Shown in pieces: positions 1 to 15,704 of a stretch of 64,000 bases of DNA (its first letter is position 1; each line of letters starts with the position of its first letter). This DNA comes from the human T2T-CHM13v2.0 reference genome, Homo sapiens. The notes below the pieces were generated by a model. That model was given only the letters and a program-made list of their open reading frames with translations, was not told the DNA's origin and did no database searches. Made by a program: the position numbers and the translations under genes. The DNA lies in the NCBI RefSeq assembly GCF_009914755.1, contig NC_060931.1. The stretch is one strand, 5' to 3'.

Positions 1-190
1 GCCGCGGCCATCCCCGGCCCGCTCCTGCCAGGCCCCCGACCAGACACCCAGAGGCACCTGCTCTGCGCAGCCACGCAGCCCGGCTGCATGAAGCCCGGCA
101 TGGTGCCCCGGCCTGCCAAGCCAGCCACGGCGTGGGAAACCGCCGCCCACCAAGGCAAGGGCAGGAAGAAGACAGCGGCGGCCTCAGCTC
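1..190 (-). pseudogene. Probable 5' end (GC-rich 5'UTR and start codon) of a processed pseudogene running off the left edge; parent gene not identified
   Basis: GC/CpG-rich block that ends abruptly at ~190 against AT-rich DNA. On the - strand it follows an A-rich stretch (GAGAAAAAAATATTGA) typical of L1-endonuclease target sites. It leads to gggATGGCCGCGGC (CAT at 9-11, strong Kozak context, M-A-A...). Confidence 0.45.
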
Positions 191-460
191 AATATTTTTT
201 TCTCAAAGGCATATCATAGTTTTAGCTTTGCTGCAGCCATTTCATCCATAATCACTTGCTGTGGCTGGGTAAAGTGATACACACGTACACACACATGCGC
301 ACACTGGTTTAGAGAAATAGAAAACGCAATGCCTAGACATGAAATGTATTTATTTAGATTTGTTAGATGGTGCAAATAAATATTTGTGTTATGCTCTAAG
401 CTTTTAAGAAGCCTCTTGTATCTAAAATATAAGACACATATGTAAATGACATCCAACTGA

Positions 461-631
<171 letters not shown>

Positions 632-871
632 TAAATAATAAAAGCCAGAAGATAATTTGACAGTGCTGAAAGATTCTAAAGTATGATGGCTTTAAAAAAA
701 AAAAAAGCTGAAAGAAAAAACCTGCTCACCTAGCATCCAGTGCTAAGTAGCTGTTTCCTTTAAAAACTGATGGCAAAGGTCTGGCACAGTGGCTCCTGCC
801 TGTAATTCCATCACTTTGGGAGCCCCAGGTGAACAGATCACGAGGTCAGGAGATTGAGACCATCCTGGCTA

Positions 872-1404
<533 letters not shown>

Positions 1405-1539
1405 TCAGATGAGAAAAAAACATTGTTATGGGAAGACATCCACGGGAAGAAATACCAGGGGGAGCTCTTCAAACTGAACAGAAAATTACCCTACCCCAAC
1501 TGAAACACAGAGATGCAGAGGGAGCCTGGCCCAAAATAC

Positions 1540-1637
1540 AACTTTTATATCCACTGGGTAACACAAAAATGTGTGTGACTCACTTTACTGCAGTGGTGCG
1601 GAACCAAACCTGTAATATCTTCAAAGCATGCCTGTAA
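1540..1637 (+). mobile_element. Tigger1-like (TcMar) DNA transposon 3' end
   Basis: The sequence ...actttactgcagtggtgcggaaccaaacctgtaatatcttcaaagcatgcctgTA resembles the Tigger1 terminal inverted repeat followed by its TA target. Confidence 0.6.
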
Positions 1638-2013
1638 TATTTTACAGCAGCCCTGGGGAAAAAATATGCCATCCAATAAGAATTGTTGAAAACTCTACAA
1701 ATAATTAGAAGAAATGAGTTTTCCACAAATTTACATCGAACTATGGCTTCACAGCATCACTCGTTCTTTACAAATAGGGCAATCATACACCCCCGTTAGC
1801 AAGCAACAGTCCTGGCCTAAAAGCACCCACTTTGATTCTCAAAAGTGACCTACTTTGGATAATAAATTGCATGATCATCCTATGTATGAACCCAATTAGA
1901 ATACCCTTCTGTCTGTTCATCTTCGAATCCTACCCTGTTCAAGGATCAAGTGACATCTGACTCCATCTTCCCCACTGACAGGATAATTTTCTCTCCAGTT
2001 CCTGTAGCTTTTT

Positions 2014-2180
2014 ATAAATATATATATATATACACATACATATATATATGTATATATATACATATATATGTATATATATATACATATACATATATATACA
2101 TATATATGTATATATATACATATATATGTATATATATACATATACATATATATACATATATACATATATATATATATAAA
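2014..2180. repeat. (TA)n/(CATATA)n compound microsatellite
   Basis: Seen directly; it is the source of the YI-repeat ORFs in the track. Confidence 0.97.
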
Positions 2181-2437
2181 ATACCTTTAGCCATTATAAT
2201 ACTCATGTCCTATTACAATTACCTGCTTACATGTCCACCCCATGCTCTTAGCCACTTAGCACAGTGCCAGGAACTGAGAAGGTGCTCAACAGATGTTTTC
2301 TAGGTTTCTCAAATGATTCAACAGAAGACTGACAAAGTACCTGCAGAGACAGTGTTCTCTCACTTTTGTCCCTTACACACTCTCCAGGGTCCAGTGAAGG
2401 TGGGAGTAAAAAATTAGCAAACAACTAACTTGACAAG

Positions 2438-2612
2438 CAGTAGTTCTCAGACTTGAATGCACATCAATATCACTTGGAAGACTAGTTAAAACACAGAGTA
2501 CTGGGTCCCACCCCAGAGTTTCTGATTCAGTTGGCCTGGGATAGGGCCTGAGAATTTGAATTTAACAAGTTTCCAGGTGATACTGCCAGGAACTACCTTT
2601 GAGAACCACTGC
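2438..2612. mobile_element. MER5A (hAT-Charlie) non-autonomous DNA transposon
   Basis: Terminal inverted ends cagtagttctca...tgagaaccactg, with internal ccccagagtttctgattcagt typical of MER5A. Confidence 0.75.
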
Positions 2613-2714
2613 TGTAAAGAAAACACCACAATTATGAAAATGCCCATTTCTTCTCATGACTTTACTCCTAATGGGAGACTCCCTTTTCTGAATATGAGGG
2701 AATATCATTCCATG

Positions 2715-2950
2715 ACAGAAGAAGATTATCCCATGGCAGAAGGCAGAAGGACAAGAGAGTGCGAGAAAGCAAGAGGGCAACAGGGGCTGAACTCTCTTTT
2801 ACAATAAGCCCACTCTTGTGATTACTAATCTATTACCAAAATAACATTAATTCATTCATGAGGGCTCTCTTATTAGGCCCCACATCCCAACTGTTGAAGA
2901 TTGAGTTTCCAGCACATAAACTTTGGAGGACACATTTAAACTACAGCAGA
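2715..2950 (-). mobile_element. MST-family (ERVL-MaLR) LTR fragment
   Basis: catggcagaagg...cattaattcattcatgagggc...ttggaggacacatttaaactacagca matches the reverse complement of the MST LTR 5' portion. Confidence 0.6.
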
Positions 2951-4216
2951 GCTTTTATGTAAATTCAACCAACAGGAGATGGGAAAATCAAAGGCATGAG
3001 AAAGACAGCAAGGACAAGCAGAGAAGTATGTGCAGGTTAAGGGAAAAAGTCACAATCAATCCTGTAGTGCAGACTACTTTATCAAAAGCACCTAAAAAAG
3101 ATCTCAGTAACTCACCCAACTCATCTCCACCCACATCTAAAGAGCCACACACAGCACCACCAAAGGCAGCACAATGAGAACAGCGTTCTCCTCAACAGAT
3201 AAGCTGTGAGTATCCAGACAGACACCCGACCTTAACAGCTCCAGAACAGCCCCAAGACAGCTCCTCCCTAACCACCACTCAAGTAACCAGCTGGGAAAGT
3301 ATTCAGAAAACCCACATCCTGACACACCACTACCAAACAACTTAAACAGCAAAGAACAACCCATTTAAACAGCAATGCCAGCTGCCAGGAAAAGTAGGGA
3401 CAATAAGTAGAGGAAAAGCAGACTCCTTGGGGTCCGCCAAGACCCAGTCTCTCAGCATCAGCACTTTCAAATGTAGAATCCACACACCCCTGGGGCCTGC
3501 GGAGCTCCACAAGGCATGTCCTCAAAGATAAATGAGCAGGCAAACTGGACAGAAAACCACTCAGGGTATTACTCTTTAAAATATCTTTACAGGGTCAAAG
3601 ACGAATGGGTCTACAGGCTATGTGCATTCCCAACAGATTCTGAGAATGATGTCACTATCCCTTTCAAGATGTGTTTAACACTTTGAGGACACCTGTATTC
3701 CTGCCACTGAGCGCTACTGCTTTGCTAATTTGAACTGATTCCAGCTCACGCTGATCCCAGCTCCCTAGATCTGGTCACCATTAGCCAAGATTGTCATCCA
3801 TATTGTAACCTTTCAAAGAGTCCTAAAAGCAGTTCTTCTCCTACTCTTCCGAGACAAGTAAAAATATCTGCCAAAGAAATGAAGAAAAAAGATTCAGAGA
3901 GAGAATAGAATTAACATACTACCAAGAGAGCAAAAAGTGAAGGAAGAGGAAAAACTAGGAAAATCATATGTGGGCTCACACCTATTTCCAAAGCTGAGCT
4001 AATATCCTTTTGCTTGTGTCTAAATGAGGCACCAATTTTAAACTGCTACTGAAAAAAAAAAGAGAGAGAGAGAAAGAAAGAAGCAGGCCCAGGCCCAGTG
4101 GCTCACACCTGTAATCCCAGCACTTTGGGAGACCAAGGCGGGTGGCTCACCCAAGGTCAGGAGTTAAAGACCAGCTTGTCCAACATAGTGAAACCCCATC
4201 TCTACTAAAAATTTTA

Positions 4217-4369
<153 letters not shown>

Positions 4370-4472
4370 TCAAAAAAAAAAAAAAAAAAAAAGAAGCAGG
4401 CCCAAATTGTAAAGTAAAACTTTTAGCATAGAAAATAAGAATTGGTGAGAATTCCATTCCCTGGTTACTTAC

Positions 4473-4560
4473 CCCATAGGCTGAAGAGCTGCCTCTGCCT
4501 CTAAGGATCAGGGCATTCTGTGTTCGATGGCAGAACCTAAGTCAGAATGCAGCACAATCC
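4473..4560 (-). other. Candidate 88-nt exon of unknown origin (possible downstream exon of the GTF2I-pseudogene transcript)
   Basis: On the - strand: ctaacttttcag| acceptor with an adjacent branch-point-like CTAAC, and a GGG|GTAAGT consensus donor. All three frames contain stops and there is no similarity to GTF2I. Confidence 0.4.
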
Positions 4561-4901
4561 CTGAAAAGTTAGAACATCAGGGTGAGTTATCTTGACCTTG
4601 AGATTGCTTCTCTAGCTCTTTCATTTAAAAAAAATATATAAGAACCAAGAAGGAGATCCCCTCTTGCCACCTCAGTTATTTGAACTCAGCTACTCAATGT
4701 CCATTTTGTCGAGATCAAGGGCTCTCGTGAGTGACTGTGAGGCAGATCTGATCACTCAGAGGGCTAAAGGTAACCTTATGAAACCTGAAGATGTGAAAGG
4801 AGAATGTAGCTGCTGCTCAAAAACTCCACTAGCCCATCTTGAAAAGAAATCATCTACAGAGTAATTCCGTTTCCAATTCTAGTTTTATTGGGTGTCCCTA
4901 A

Positions 4902-5249
<348 letters not shown>

Positions 5250-5875
5250 TAAGAAAATTAAGCTAAGATACATTTTGTAACCAAACCAAAAGGAAGCTCT
5301 CTAGGACGTATGGCTACTATACTCAGGAGACTTGAACTTTCCTTGACCCAAAAATGGCTATCTGGAAGTCAGCATCCTCAGAGTACATTAATGCCGGGTG
5401 TGGTGACTCACACCTGTAATCCAGCACTTTGGGAGGCTCGGGCAGAAGGATCACCTGAGCGAAGGAGTTTGAGACCAGCCTGGCCAAAATGGTGAAACCT
5501 TGTCTCTACACAAAATACAAAATTTGGCCAGGCATGGTGGCGCACGCCTGTAATCCCAGCTACTCAGAAAGCTGAGGCCGAGGCAGGAGAATTGCTTAAG
5601 CCTGGTGGCAGTTAGCCAAGATTGCACCACTGCACTCCAGCCTGGATGACAGAGTGAGACTCTGTATCAAAAAGGGGAAGAAAGAAAAAAAAAAAGCTTG
5701 AGTGATTCCCTACACTGCATATGTTCATATCAATAAATCAAGGAGTGCCTGTATTGAGCTTCAGCAAAATATTTTTCGGGGAGGTGAAGGAGCAGTTCCA
5801 TCAAATTAAAAGATTAATTTTTAAAAGCTTGAAGATTAATCTGTGCTTTTAAAAAGGATTTCACAGCTATGTTAC

Positions 5876-6340
<465 letters not shown>

Positions 6341-7033
6341 TAAATGGTCCACTCTGCCTTCATTTTATAGTGAAAAAACTCATTCTGGTGACTTGAATTT
6401 TGAAAATAGCAATTTTCAGACATTCAGGTGAGACCACCTGGGTATCTCCAAAGTCATCTTTTTTATAAGATAAATATGCAAAAGTCACTTTTCCCCCAAA
6501 CCAGCTCAATTCTGTTTCTGAATCTTGGATGAACTGTCCCACAGCACAGCCAGAAGCAGCTTGCATCATCTTAAACCTTTCTTCTCCCTTATAACTGAGC
6601 CCCAACAAATATACACAGATACACAACCCCAATCAGTAAACAAGACTCTGCCCACTTCAACATTCCTTCCATGAGTAGAGAAAGGCCTTCTGTTCCTACC
6701 GCCTACACTCAAACTACCCACTGTGTTATTCTTCAAAATCAACCCAGAATAATCTTTCTAAAGGACAGATCCACATTATTTTAAGAGAGAAGTGCTATGA
6801 GACCATTTAATGACTGCCACTGCTTTTGTAGGATCTAAGGCCTTCCTCCACTTGGCCACCCAAGTCTATCTATGCAATCCTACAATGCCCACATGGCACT
6901 CCTCACTCCACACAGAATAGGTCAGGTATGTGAACATGTGAGCATACTTGACACCTCCCTGCCTTTACTCATATTTGAAACACGTTCCCTCCCTTCTGGA
7001 TGCACAAGTGACTGATTGGGGTGTGCCACCTAC

Positions 7034-7092
7034 CTCCTGAAGCTGGTTTATCAAGTTGTAAATCTTCATGTGTTGAATTCATAAGATTATGT
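7034..7092 (-). pseudogene. GTF2I-derived 59-nt linker exon
   Basis: cctttcag|...|gtaggt; translates HNLMNSTHEDLQLDKPASG, versus GTF2I HELLNSTREDLQLDKPASG. Confidence 0.92.
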
Positions 7093-8241
7093 CTGAAAGG
7101 TGAAAATAAATAATATTCATAAGCAATATTCAGCAAAGTAATATCCACTAGTACACATTTAACATTTAATTACCAAGGGTGGTTTTGAAAAGAAAAGACA
7201 TGCTGGGCACAGTGGCTCACACCTGTAATCCCAGCACTTTGGAAGGCAGAGGCTGGCAGATCACAAGGTCAGGAGTTCGAGACCAGCCTGGCCAACATGG
7301 TGAAACTCCACCTCTACTAAAAATACAAAACTTAGCCGGCCATGGTGGCAGGTGCCTGTAATCCAAACTACCTGGGAGGCTCAGGCAGGAGAATTGCCTG
7401 AACCCGGGAGACAGAGGTTGCAGTGCGTCAAGACCATGCCACTGCACTTGCATCCTCGGTGACAGAGCAAGATTCCATCTTGGGAAAAGAAAAAAAATTA
7501 AGAAAAGACAATCTGGATGCTTGAGCACAACTAAATCTTCATTTGGGGTTTCTACAGAGTAACAAAAACAAAATGATAATTGCAAATTGTCTCATAACAT
7601 GCTTCACGGAGCATGTGTCCTCACAAGTAAAGTGGTAACTTTGCAGCCCACAGGTCTTTGAAGCATATTACAAAAATCTTAAATGGGATCCTTTAGTCTC
7701 ACATTGCATTCAAGACTATCTTCCTCTACACATCTAGAGAAACAATCATATATTCCCACATATGCTATAAAAATCTCAGGCCTAAAAGCAAGACATGGAA
7801 ATTATTATTTTTAGCAAAAGTAGCAGAAAATTGTGAAAGAAAATATCAGTTGCATGCCAGTCAGGTGCGGGCAGTGTTCATGTTTCAAAAGGTAACACTA
7901 GCATGACTGACTCAATGTTGGACCCAGATAAATTAAAAAGTGATACATAAAAATACATATAATAGGCCAGATGCAGTGGCTCAAGTCTGTAATACCAGCA
8001 CTTTGGGAGTCCGAGGCGGGCGGATCACAAACTCAGGAGTTCAAGACCAGCCTGGCCAATAATGGTAAAACTCCGTCTCTACTAAAAATGCAAAAATCAA
8101 CGGGGCATGTTGGTGGGTGCCCGTATTCCCAGCTACTCGGGAGGTTTAAAGAATTGCTTAAAGCCGGGAGGTGGAGATTGCAGTGAGCTGAGATCACGCC
8201 ACTGCCCTCCAGCCTGGGCGACAGAGCAAGACTCCTTCTCA

Positions 8242-8274
<33 letters not shown>

Positions 8275-8394
8275 AATAAAATAACTCAAACTTAATTAAA
8301 TATAACCCTAATGGTGAATGAATATTTGTCAACAATAACAAAGATATATTACTCAGAACAGAGATAAGAGTCCAACAAGAATCCAAGAGTCTTA

Positions 8395-8662
<268 letters not shown>

Positions 8663-9058
8663 TCAGGAGGCTGAGCTAGGAGAATTGCTTGAACCTGGTA
8701 GGCAGATGTTCAGTGAGCCGAGATCACACCACTGCACTCCACCATGGGCAACAAGAGCGAAACTCTAGCTCAAAAAAAAAAAAAAAGAGAAATATCCCAT
8801 TGCTTTAAGGCAATGTAGACACAGCCAGACTTTCTACAAAAATCTGAACCACATTACAAAGCCAAAAAAAATCACCGTCTAATTTTATTTAATATATTTA
8901 GTACTAAACGGAAGAGGTAATATTTTCAAAACATAAACATTAGTGTAACCTAATTGGACTTTTACAAATAATTTTTTAAATAACAGAAGAAGATTCTCGT
9001 GAACTGCAACATTTCAGCGAGCATTTATTTACTCAAGATTAAAATAATACAACAGCTA

Positions 9059-9456
<398 letters not shown>

Positions 9457-10017
9457 TTAATGTCTATTTGCTAAACATTGATATCTGTACTAAAGTTTCA
9501 AGTGTACCATATAACACATTAGTGCTGACTTAGGTTTAATATCCTTTGCTGTACATTAAACTTCAGTATCATACCTATATATCACAACAAAACTATCTTT
9601 CTCTAAGGTAATTACCATTAATATTGCTTTAAAATTATGAAATGTGAAGATTATTTTTGTAATTTCACAACAGCTGAACGTTGTCTTTAAACAAAATAAT
9701 CTAATAAATCACCATCACAACAAAAGCCCCACAACATTAATGTTTCACCTTATAAAAAGCATTGACATTTATAAAATTGTCAATTTATAAAACTGTAATA
9801 GCAAATTATTTTTACTCAGAATAGTACTAAATTAACAATATAATAAAAACATAGTACCCTAAAACTTAAATAATTAAAAAAAAAATCATTACCATTATTC
9901 ATGAAATTTAAAAATCTTCCCAAAAAAAAAAAAAAAAAAAACATGGGCCAGGTGTGGTGGCTCATGCCTGTAATCCCACTTTGGGAGGCAGGTGGATCAC
10001 CTGAGGTCAGGAGTTCA

Positions 10018-10234
<217 letters not shown>

Positions 10235-10812
10235 TCAACCAACCAACCAATAAATCGTTAAAAAGGAAGCATTTACCATGTATTTATATGCCCGGTATTA
10301 TGTGAAACACTTTACTATCTTATCACATCTTCGGGATAAATATTCAGTTTTCATGAACACAAGAGAGGATACTAAGGCTCAGAAAGGAGAAGAGACGTGG
10401 CCAGGCTGTGTCCCCAGAGCCTATGATCTCACCACTAGGTTACAGTGCTTCCAAATAGCACGTTATGAGGTTTTTGCTTTAAAATGAACCAATAAAAAAG
10501 GCAAAAAAAGGCATAAGCTATTAAAAAGTAGGAGAAACACTGAAAGAACCTTAAGCACATAATTAAAAATATTATGGAAAAGTTATTAATTCATTAGCAA
10601 ATTTACTCTAATTCTAGACTTTCATTGAGGGGTATGTTATATTACTCATGATGAAGAAAAAATGTTCGCTTCGAGTATATTAACATAAACACCAGCCGGA
10701 CGTGGTGGCTCACACCTGTAATCCCAGCACTTTGGGAGGCTGAGGCGGGCGGATCACGAAGTCAGGAGATCGAGACCATTCTGGCTAACATGGTGAAACC
10801 CTGTCTCTACTA

Positions 10813-11012
<200 letters not shown>

Positions 11013-11835
11013 TTATCATGTTTAAATGTTCACTTAAAGCACTTCAGTTAAAATTCTGCATATCACACAATTCTATAGCTTGCTAGTAGATTGCAAAGTA
11101 AACAGTCATTCAAATAAAAACGGCAAAACACATGATGTTTTTTGCTAGTTGTTGCTATTTTTAGGTGAGCATTTGCTATATACCATCAAAGAGATGACAA
11201 CAACAAATTGCTGATTTCTTTCATCATTATATAAAGGTGGCTTTAGGATAGAATAGTATAAGGGCAAGGAAGAATTTGAAGTCTAACGTCAACTAGGTAA
11301 TGCATCAAGATAAAAGTAGAGACAATAGGGGCATCTTGATGAATATCGAATTTTTTTTTTTTAGACAGAATTTTGCTCTTTTTGCCCAGACTAGAGTGCA
11401 ATGGTGTGATCTTGGCTCACCACAACCGCCACCTCCCAGGTTCAAGCAATTCTCCTCCCTTGGCCTCCTGAGTAGCTGGGACTACAGGCATACGCCACCA
11501 CGCCCAGATAATTTTGTGTTTTTAGTAGAGAAAGGGTTTCTCCATGTTGGTCAGGCTGGTCTCGAACTCCCATCTGAGGTGATCCACGTGCCTCAGCCTC
11601 CCACAGTGCTGGGATTACAGGCGTGAGCCACCGTGCCTGGCCAAATTAACAAATTTAACAAAGCAGATAGAGAGAAACAATTACTTTAAAAAAATAAAAA
11701 ATGGCCTGGCGAGTTGGCTCATGCCTATAATCCCAGCACTTTAGGAGGCCGAGGTGGGTGGATCACAAGGTCCAGAGTTTAAGACCAGCCTGGCCAAGAT
11801 CGTGAAACCTTGTCTCACCTAAAAATACAAAATTA

Positions 11836-11979
<144 letters not shown>

Positions 11980-11989
11980 TCAAAAAACA

Positions 11990-12176
11990 ATATATATATA
12001 TATACGTATATATGCGTGTGTATATATACACGTATATATGTGTGTATATATACGTATATATGTGTGTATATATATGTATATATGTGTGTGTATATATATA
12101 CATATGTGTGTGTATATATATATACGTATATGTGTGTGTATATATATACGTATATATATGTGTGTATATATATATC
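11990..12176. repeat. (TA)/(TG)/(CG) compound microsatellite in an Alu tail
   Basis: Seen directly; alternating purine-pyrimidine tract. Confidence 0.95.
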
Positions 12177-12500
12177 TATTCAATTAAACCCCTAAGATCC
12201 AGGGATTTGCAATAAATATGTAAATAAATCCCAAATATCTATGCTGAATGTTTAAAATAAATGCTAATTGATAATTAGAGAAATACAACTTTTCCTTAGC
12301 TTTCTAGCAATCTAGAAACAAAGAATGTTTCTAATATTTAGACAGACACTACAAAGTACCTTACAAGGAGAGACATGTAAGGATGGCATGACTCACCAGC
12401 AGCCCTGGGCTTGTCCACAGTACCCCCATGATGAACAGTAACTCCATTGTGTAAATGCTCATGAACAAACTATCACAGGACTTTTCCAGTTCAGACACAC

Positions 12501-12566
12501 CATATTTTCTTTCAGACAATTCTTCAACTTGTTTACGTAGATCAGCAATACAATTATTCCATTTCT
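12501..12566 (-). pseudogene. GTF2I-derived 66-nt exon (start of I-repeat 2)
   Basis: tttcag|AG AAA TGG...TAT G|gtgtgt translates [21 protein letters not shown], versus GTF2I [21 protein letters not shown] (recalled). Confidence 0.92.
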
Positions 12567-13342
12567 CTGAAAACTGACCAAAAGTTGATTCTCAATACAT
12601 CCCTATGTCAGAGCAGCAATAACATATAATGACTTATTTTCTATATTTTACATCCTAACAAACCATATCATTTTACTGCTTTCGAAAAAAATTTTCCCCT
12701 TTTTGGTGGTTCTTAGAATTACTTTAAAGGGAGACTATAAGAGAAGTTTTAAAGTTTAGTACCTCTTTTTAGCCTTTTAATTCTGAAAAGCAGGAGGGCA
12801 GAGAAGATCAACCAAATTAAACACAACAGCAGGGAGGCCACAATGAGGACGTCTCCAGGGGTCTTTTAGCAAACTTCCTAAAACATGTCTCAGCTGTGTG
12901 GAAATAAGATTTTACGGTGGTGGTGCGGGCCTGTAATCCTAGCATTTCAGGAGCAGAGGCAGGGCAGATCGCTTTGAGCTAAGGGCAACACGGTAGAAAC
13001 CCCCCTCCCCTCCCCCACCCCCCAGTCCCACCCCCATCTCTACCAAAAATACAAAACTTAGCCAGGCGTGGTGGCAGGCGCCCGTAGTCCCAGCTACTTG
13101 GGAAGCTGAGGCAGGAGAATTGCTTGAACCCAGGAGGCGGATGTTACAGTGGGCCGAGACCACGCCACTGCCAGCCTGGATGACAGAGCAATACTCCGTC
13201 TCAAAAAACAAAAACACAAGGTTAAGAGGGACCCCAGACCTTACATATACAAGTTTAACTGGGACCCCAAAGCAAAAAATCCCAACCCTTTTTCTCCCAA
13301 TCACTGAAACACCAGGAGGGTGTAACAGTTTTGTAGCCTAGC

Positions 13343-13775
13343 TGTAGTAGGCTGATGCCCCCAAGATGCCCATATCCTAATCCCGGGAACCGGTGAACAT
13401 GACCTTATATGGCAAAAGGGGCTTTGCAAGTATAATGAAGTTAAGGGTCTTTGGCCAGCTTGTCCCGGCAGGGTTTATGTACTCACCTGGATCCTCGTAA
13501 GAGCACAGCAGGTGATGGAGAGCGGTGGGAGGTGTAGTGATGAAAGCAGGAAACTCGAGTCATTCCAGAAGGGCAGCACAAGCTAAGGAGTACAGGCCGC
13601 CTCCAGGGCCAGGAAACAGATTCTCCCGCAGAGCCTGGGAAGGCACTGACCCTGCTCCCACCTTGACTCAGTGGGACTGATTTTAGAATTCTGGCCTTCA
13701 GAAATGTAAGGGAATACCTCTGTGCTGTTTTAAGCCACTAAGTGTGTGGTAATTTATTGCAGCAGCAACGTGAAG
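13343..13775 (+). mobile_element. MLT1D-like (ERVL-MaLR) LTR
   Basis: Starts tgtagtaggctgatgcccccaagatgccc...atggcaaaagggg and ends ttttaagccactaagtgtgtggtaatttattgcagcagc, matching MLT1 termini. Confidence 0.7.
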
Positions 13776-15704
13776 CCTCAAAACCCACCTGAAGGGGCCA
13801 GGCGCAGTGGCTCACACCTGCAGTCCCAGCACTTTGGGAAGCCGAGGTGGGCAGATCACTTCAGGTCAGGAGTTCCAGACCAGCCTGGCCAACATGGTGA
13901 AACCCCGTCTCTACAAAAAATACAAAAATTAGGCAGGTGTGGTGGCACATGCCTGTAATCTCAGCTACTCAGGAGGCTGACACATGGGAATCACTTGAAC
14001 CCGGAGGGGGCCGCGGGGGGACGGGGGAGGGGGGATGGAGGTTGCAGTGAGCTGAGATTGCGCCACTGCCCTCCAGCCTGGGTGACAGAGTGAGATTCCG
14101 TCTCAAAAAAAAAAAAAAAAAAACCCACCTGAAGAAGGTTTCCAGTTCTGCCAGCAGTCCCCCACCCAACCCCCAGAAGCAGACATTCCTTTGCTGTGGG
14201 CCATGAACAGGCAGAAGGAAGCGCCTCCTCATGGCAGAGGCCTACCCAGGAGAAACCCAAGGGAAGGCACTGCCGGGCCAGCCCCTCTGCCAAAGCCATT
14301 TTCTTTTTTCTTTTTTTTTTTTTTTTTTTGAGACACAGTTTCACTCTGTCTCCCAGACTGGAGTGCAGTGGCACAATCTCGGCTCACTTCAACCTCTGCC
14401 TCCCCAGTTCAAACGATTCTCCTGCCTCAACCTTCTGAGTAGCTGGGATTACATGAGCATAGCACACCTAGCTAATTTTTGTATTTTTAGCAGAGACAGG
14501 GTTTTGCCATGTTGCCCAGGCTAGACTCGAACTCTTGGCCTCAAGTGATCCACCTGTCTCAGCCTCCCAAAGTGCTGGGATTACAGGAGTGAGCCACCGC
14601 ACCCAGCACTCGTCAAGGTCTTTGATGGCAGGTTTTTCCAGGTGATCAGTTCTTGTCTGGTCTGGCTCTGTCCCACTCTCCCTCTCACCAAGTTGGAACC
14701 CCTAGCTAGTTTTCAGATGGGAAGAATGTGTACCCCAATCCCAACTTGGTATGGTTCAGATCTGCATTTAACTCATGAAGCCTGGCTGCTCCCCAGGTCC
14801 TGGAGAAAAAAAAGGGTCTCGCTGCAGGTATGATACAGGACGGGCCTATCCCCAGGACCCGCCTGTCCCCAGGACCCTGTAAGAGGGAAGCCCAAATTCC
14901 CACCAGGTTGGGAGGGCTGGGGAAGGGAAAGTGTTATGGTAGCCCCAAGACTAAAAAGAGGCAGCAGAGGGAGCAGGACAGTGCTCCCAGGTAACTCATG
15001 CCGCTGCCTGAGTGAGGTGAGGGAAGAGTGCACCCACTGACGTCAGGGGGCAGAGAGGCGCGCTTCCAGGGCGGCTTTTCCCCTCGCTTCTTGCCATTTT
15101 ACTCTGATCCCCTCCAGGTGAGCCTGCCCACTTTGGGCCCAGGGTTGCCGCTGGGGCCTGTACCCAAAAGCAGCCCCCCGTGGCCATGGCCCCAGGAGTG
15201 GGGCAGAGCAGGGAGGAGTCCTGGACCGAGGAGACGCAGGGGCAGGAAGGAATGGGCCTCAAACTCCAGGAGGGGGCCCTTCTCATGGGTCCTGCTTTCT
15301 GGCCTCTCCTCTCTTACCCCTGGGCTGATCACCCTGGGAAGAACTAAGCCAAGGTTTCTCACCCTCAGGTCCGAGGGGTTCAATTAACGGGCCCTTAGGG
15401 AGGTGCGAGCCTCCTGAAACGATGCAAGGTGCCTGGCCTAATTTTTATATTTTTAGTAGAGATGGGGTTTCACCATATTGGCCAGGCTGGTCTCGAGTTC
15501 CTGACTTCAAGTGATCGGAATGCCTCGGGCACACAAAATGTTGGAATTACAGGCGTGAGCCAACGCGCCCGGCCAGCCCTATTTATTTAAGCCTATACAT
15601 TTTGCACTTGTTAAAAGTATTTGAACATACAATTACCATGTTTTCTTTAAGCGGTCCCTCCCTGTTGCACACTTGGATAGTTTATTTTTTTAGACAAGGT
15701 TTAC

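Noticed and set aside
1917-2303. Tyr/Ile-rich ORFs (also 11819-12215)
   Set aside because: These are translations of TA-rich microsatellites.
3640-3715. C/D-box snoRNA-like pattern (ATGATGT...CTGA)
   Set aside because: The C box is imperfect, there is no convincing terminal stem or rRNA guide, and it is antisense to the presumed host transcript.
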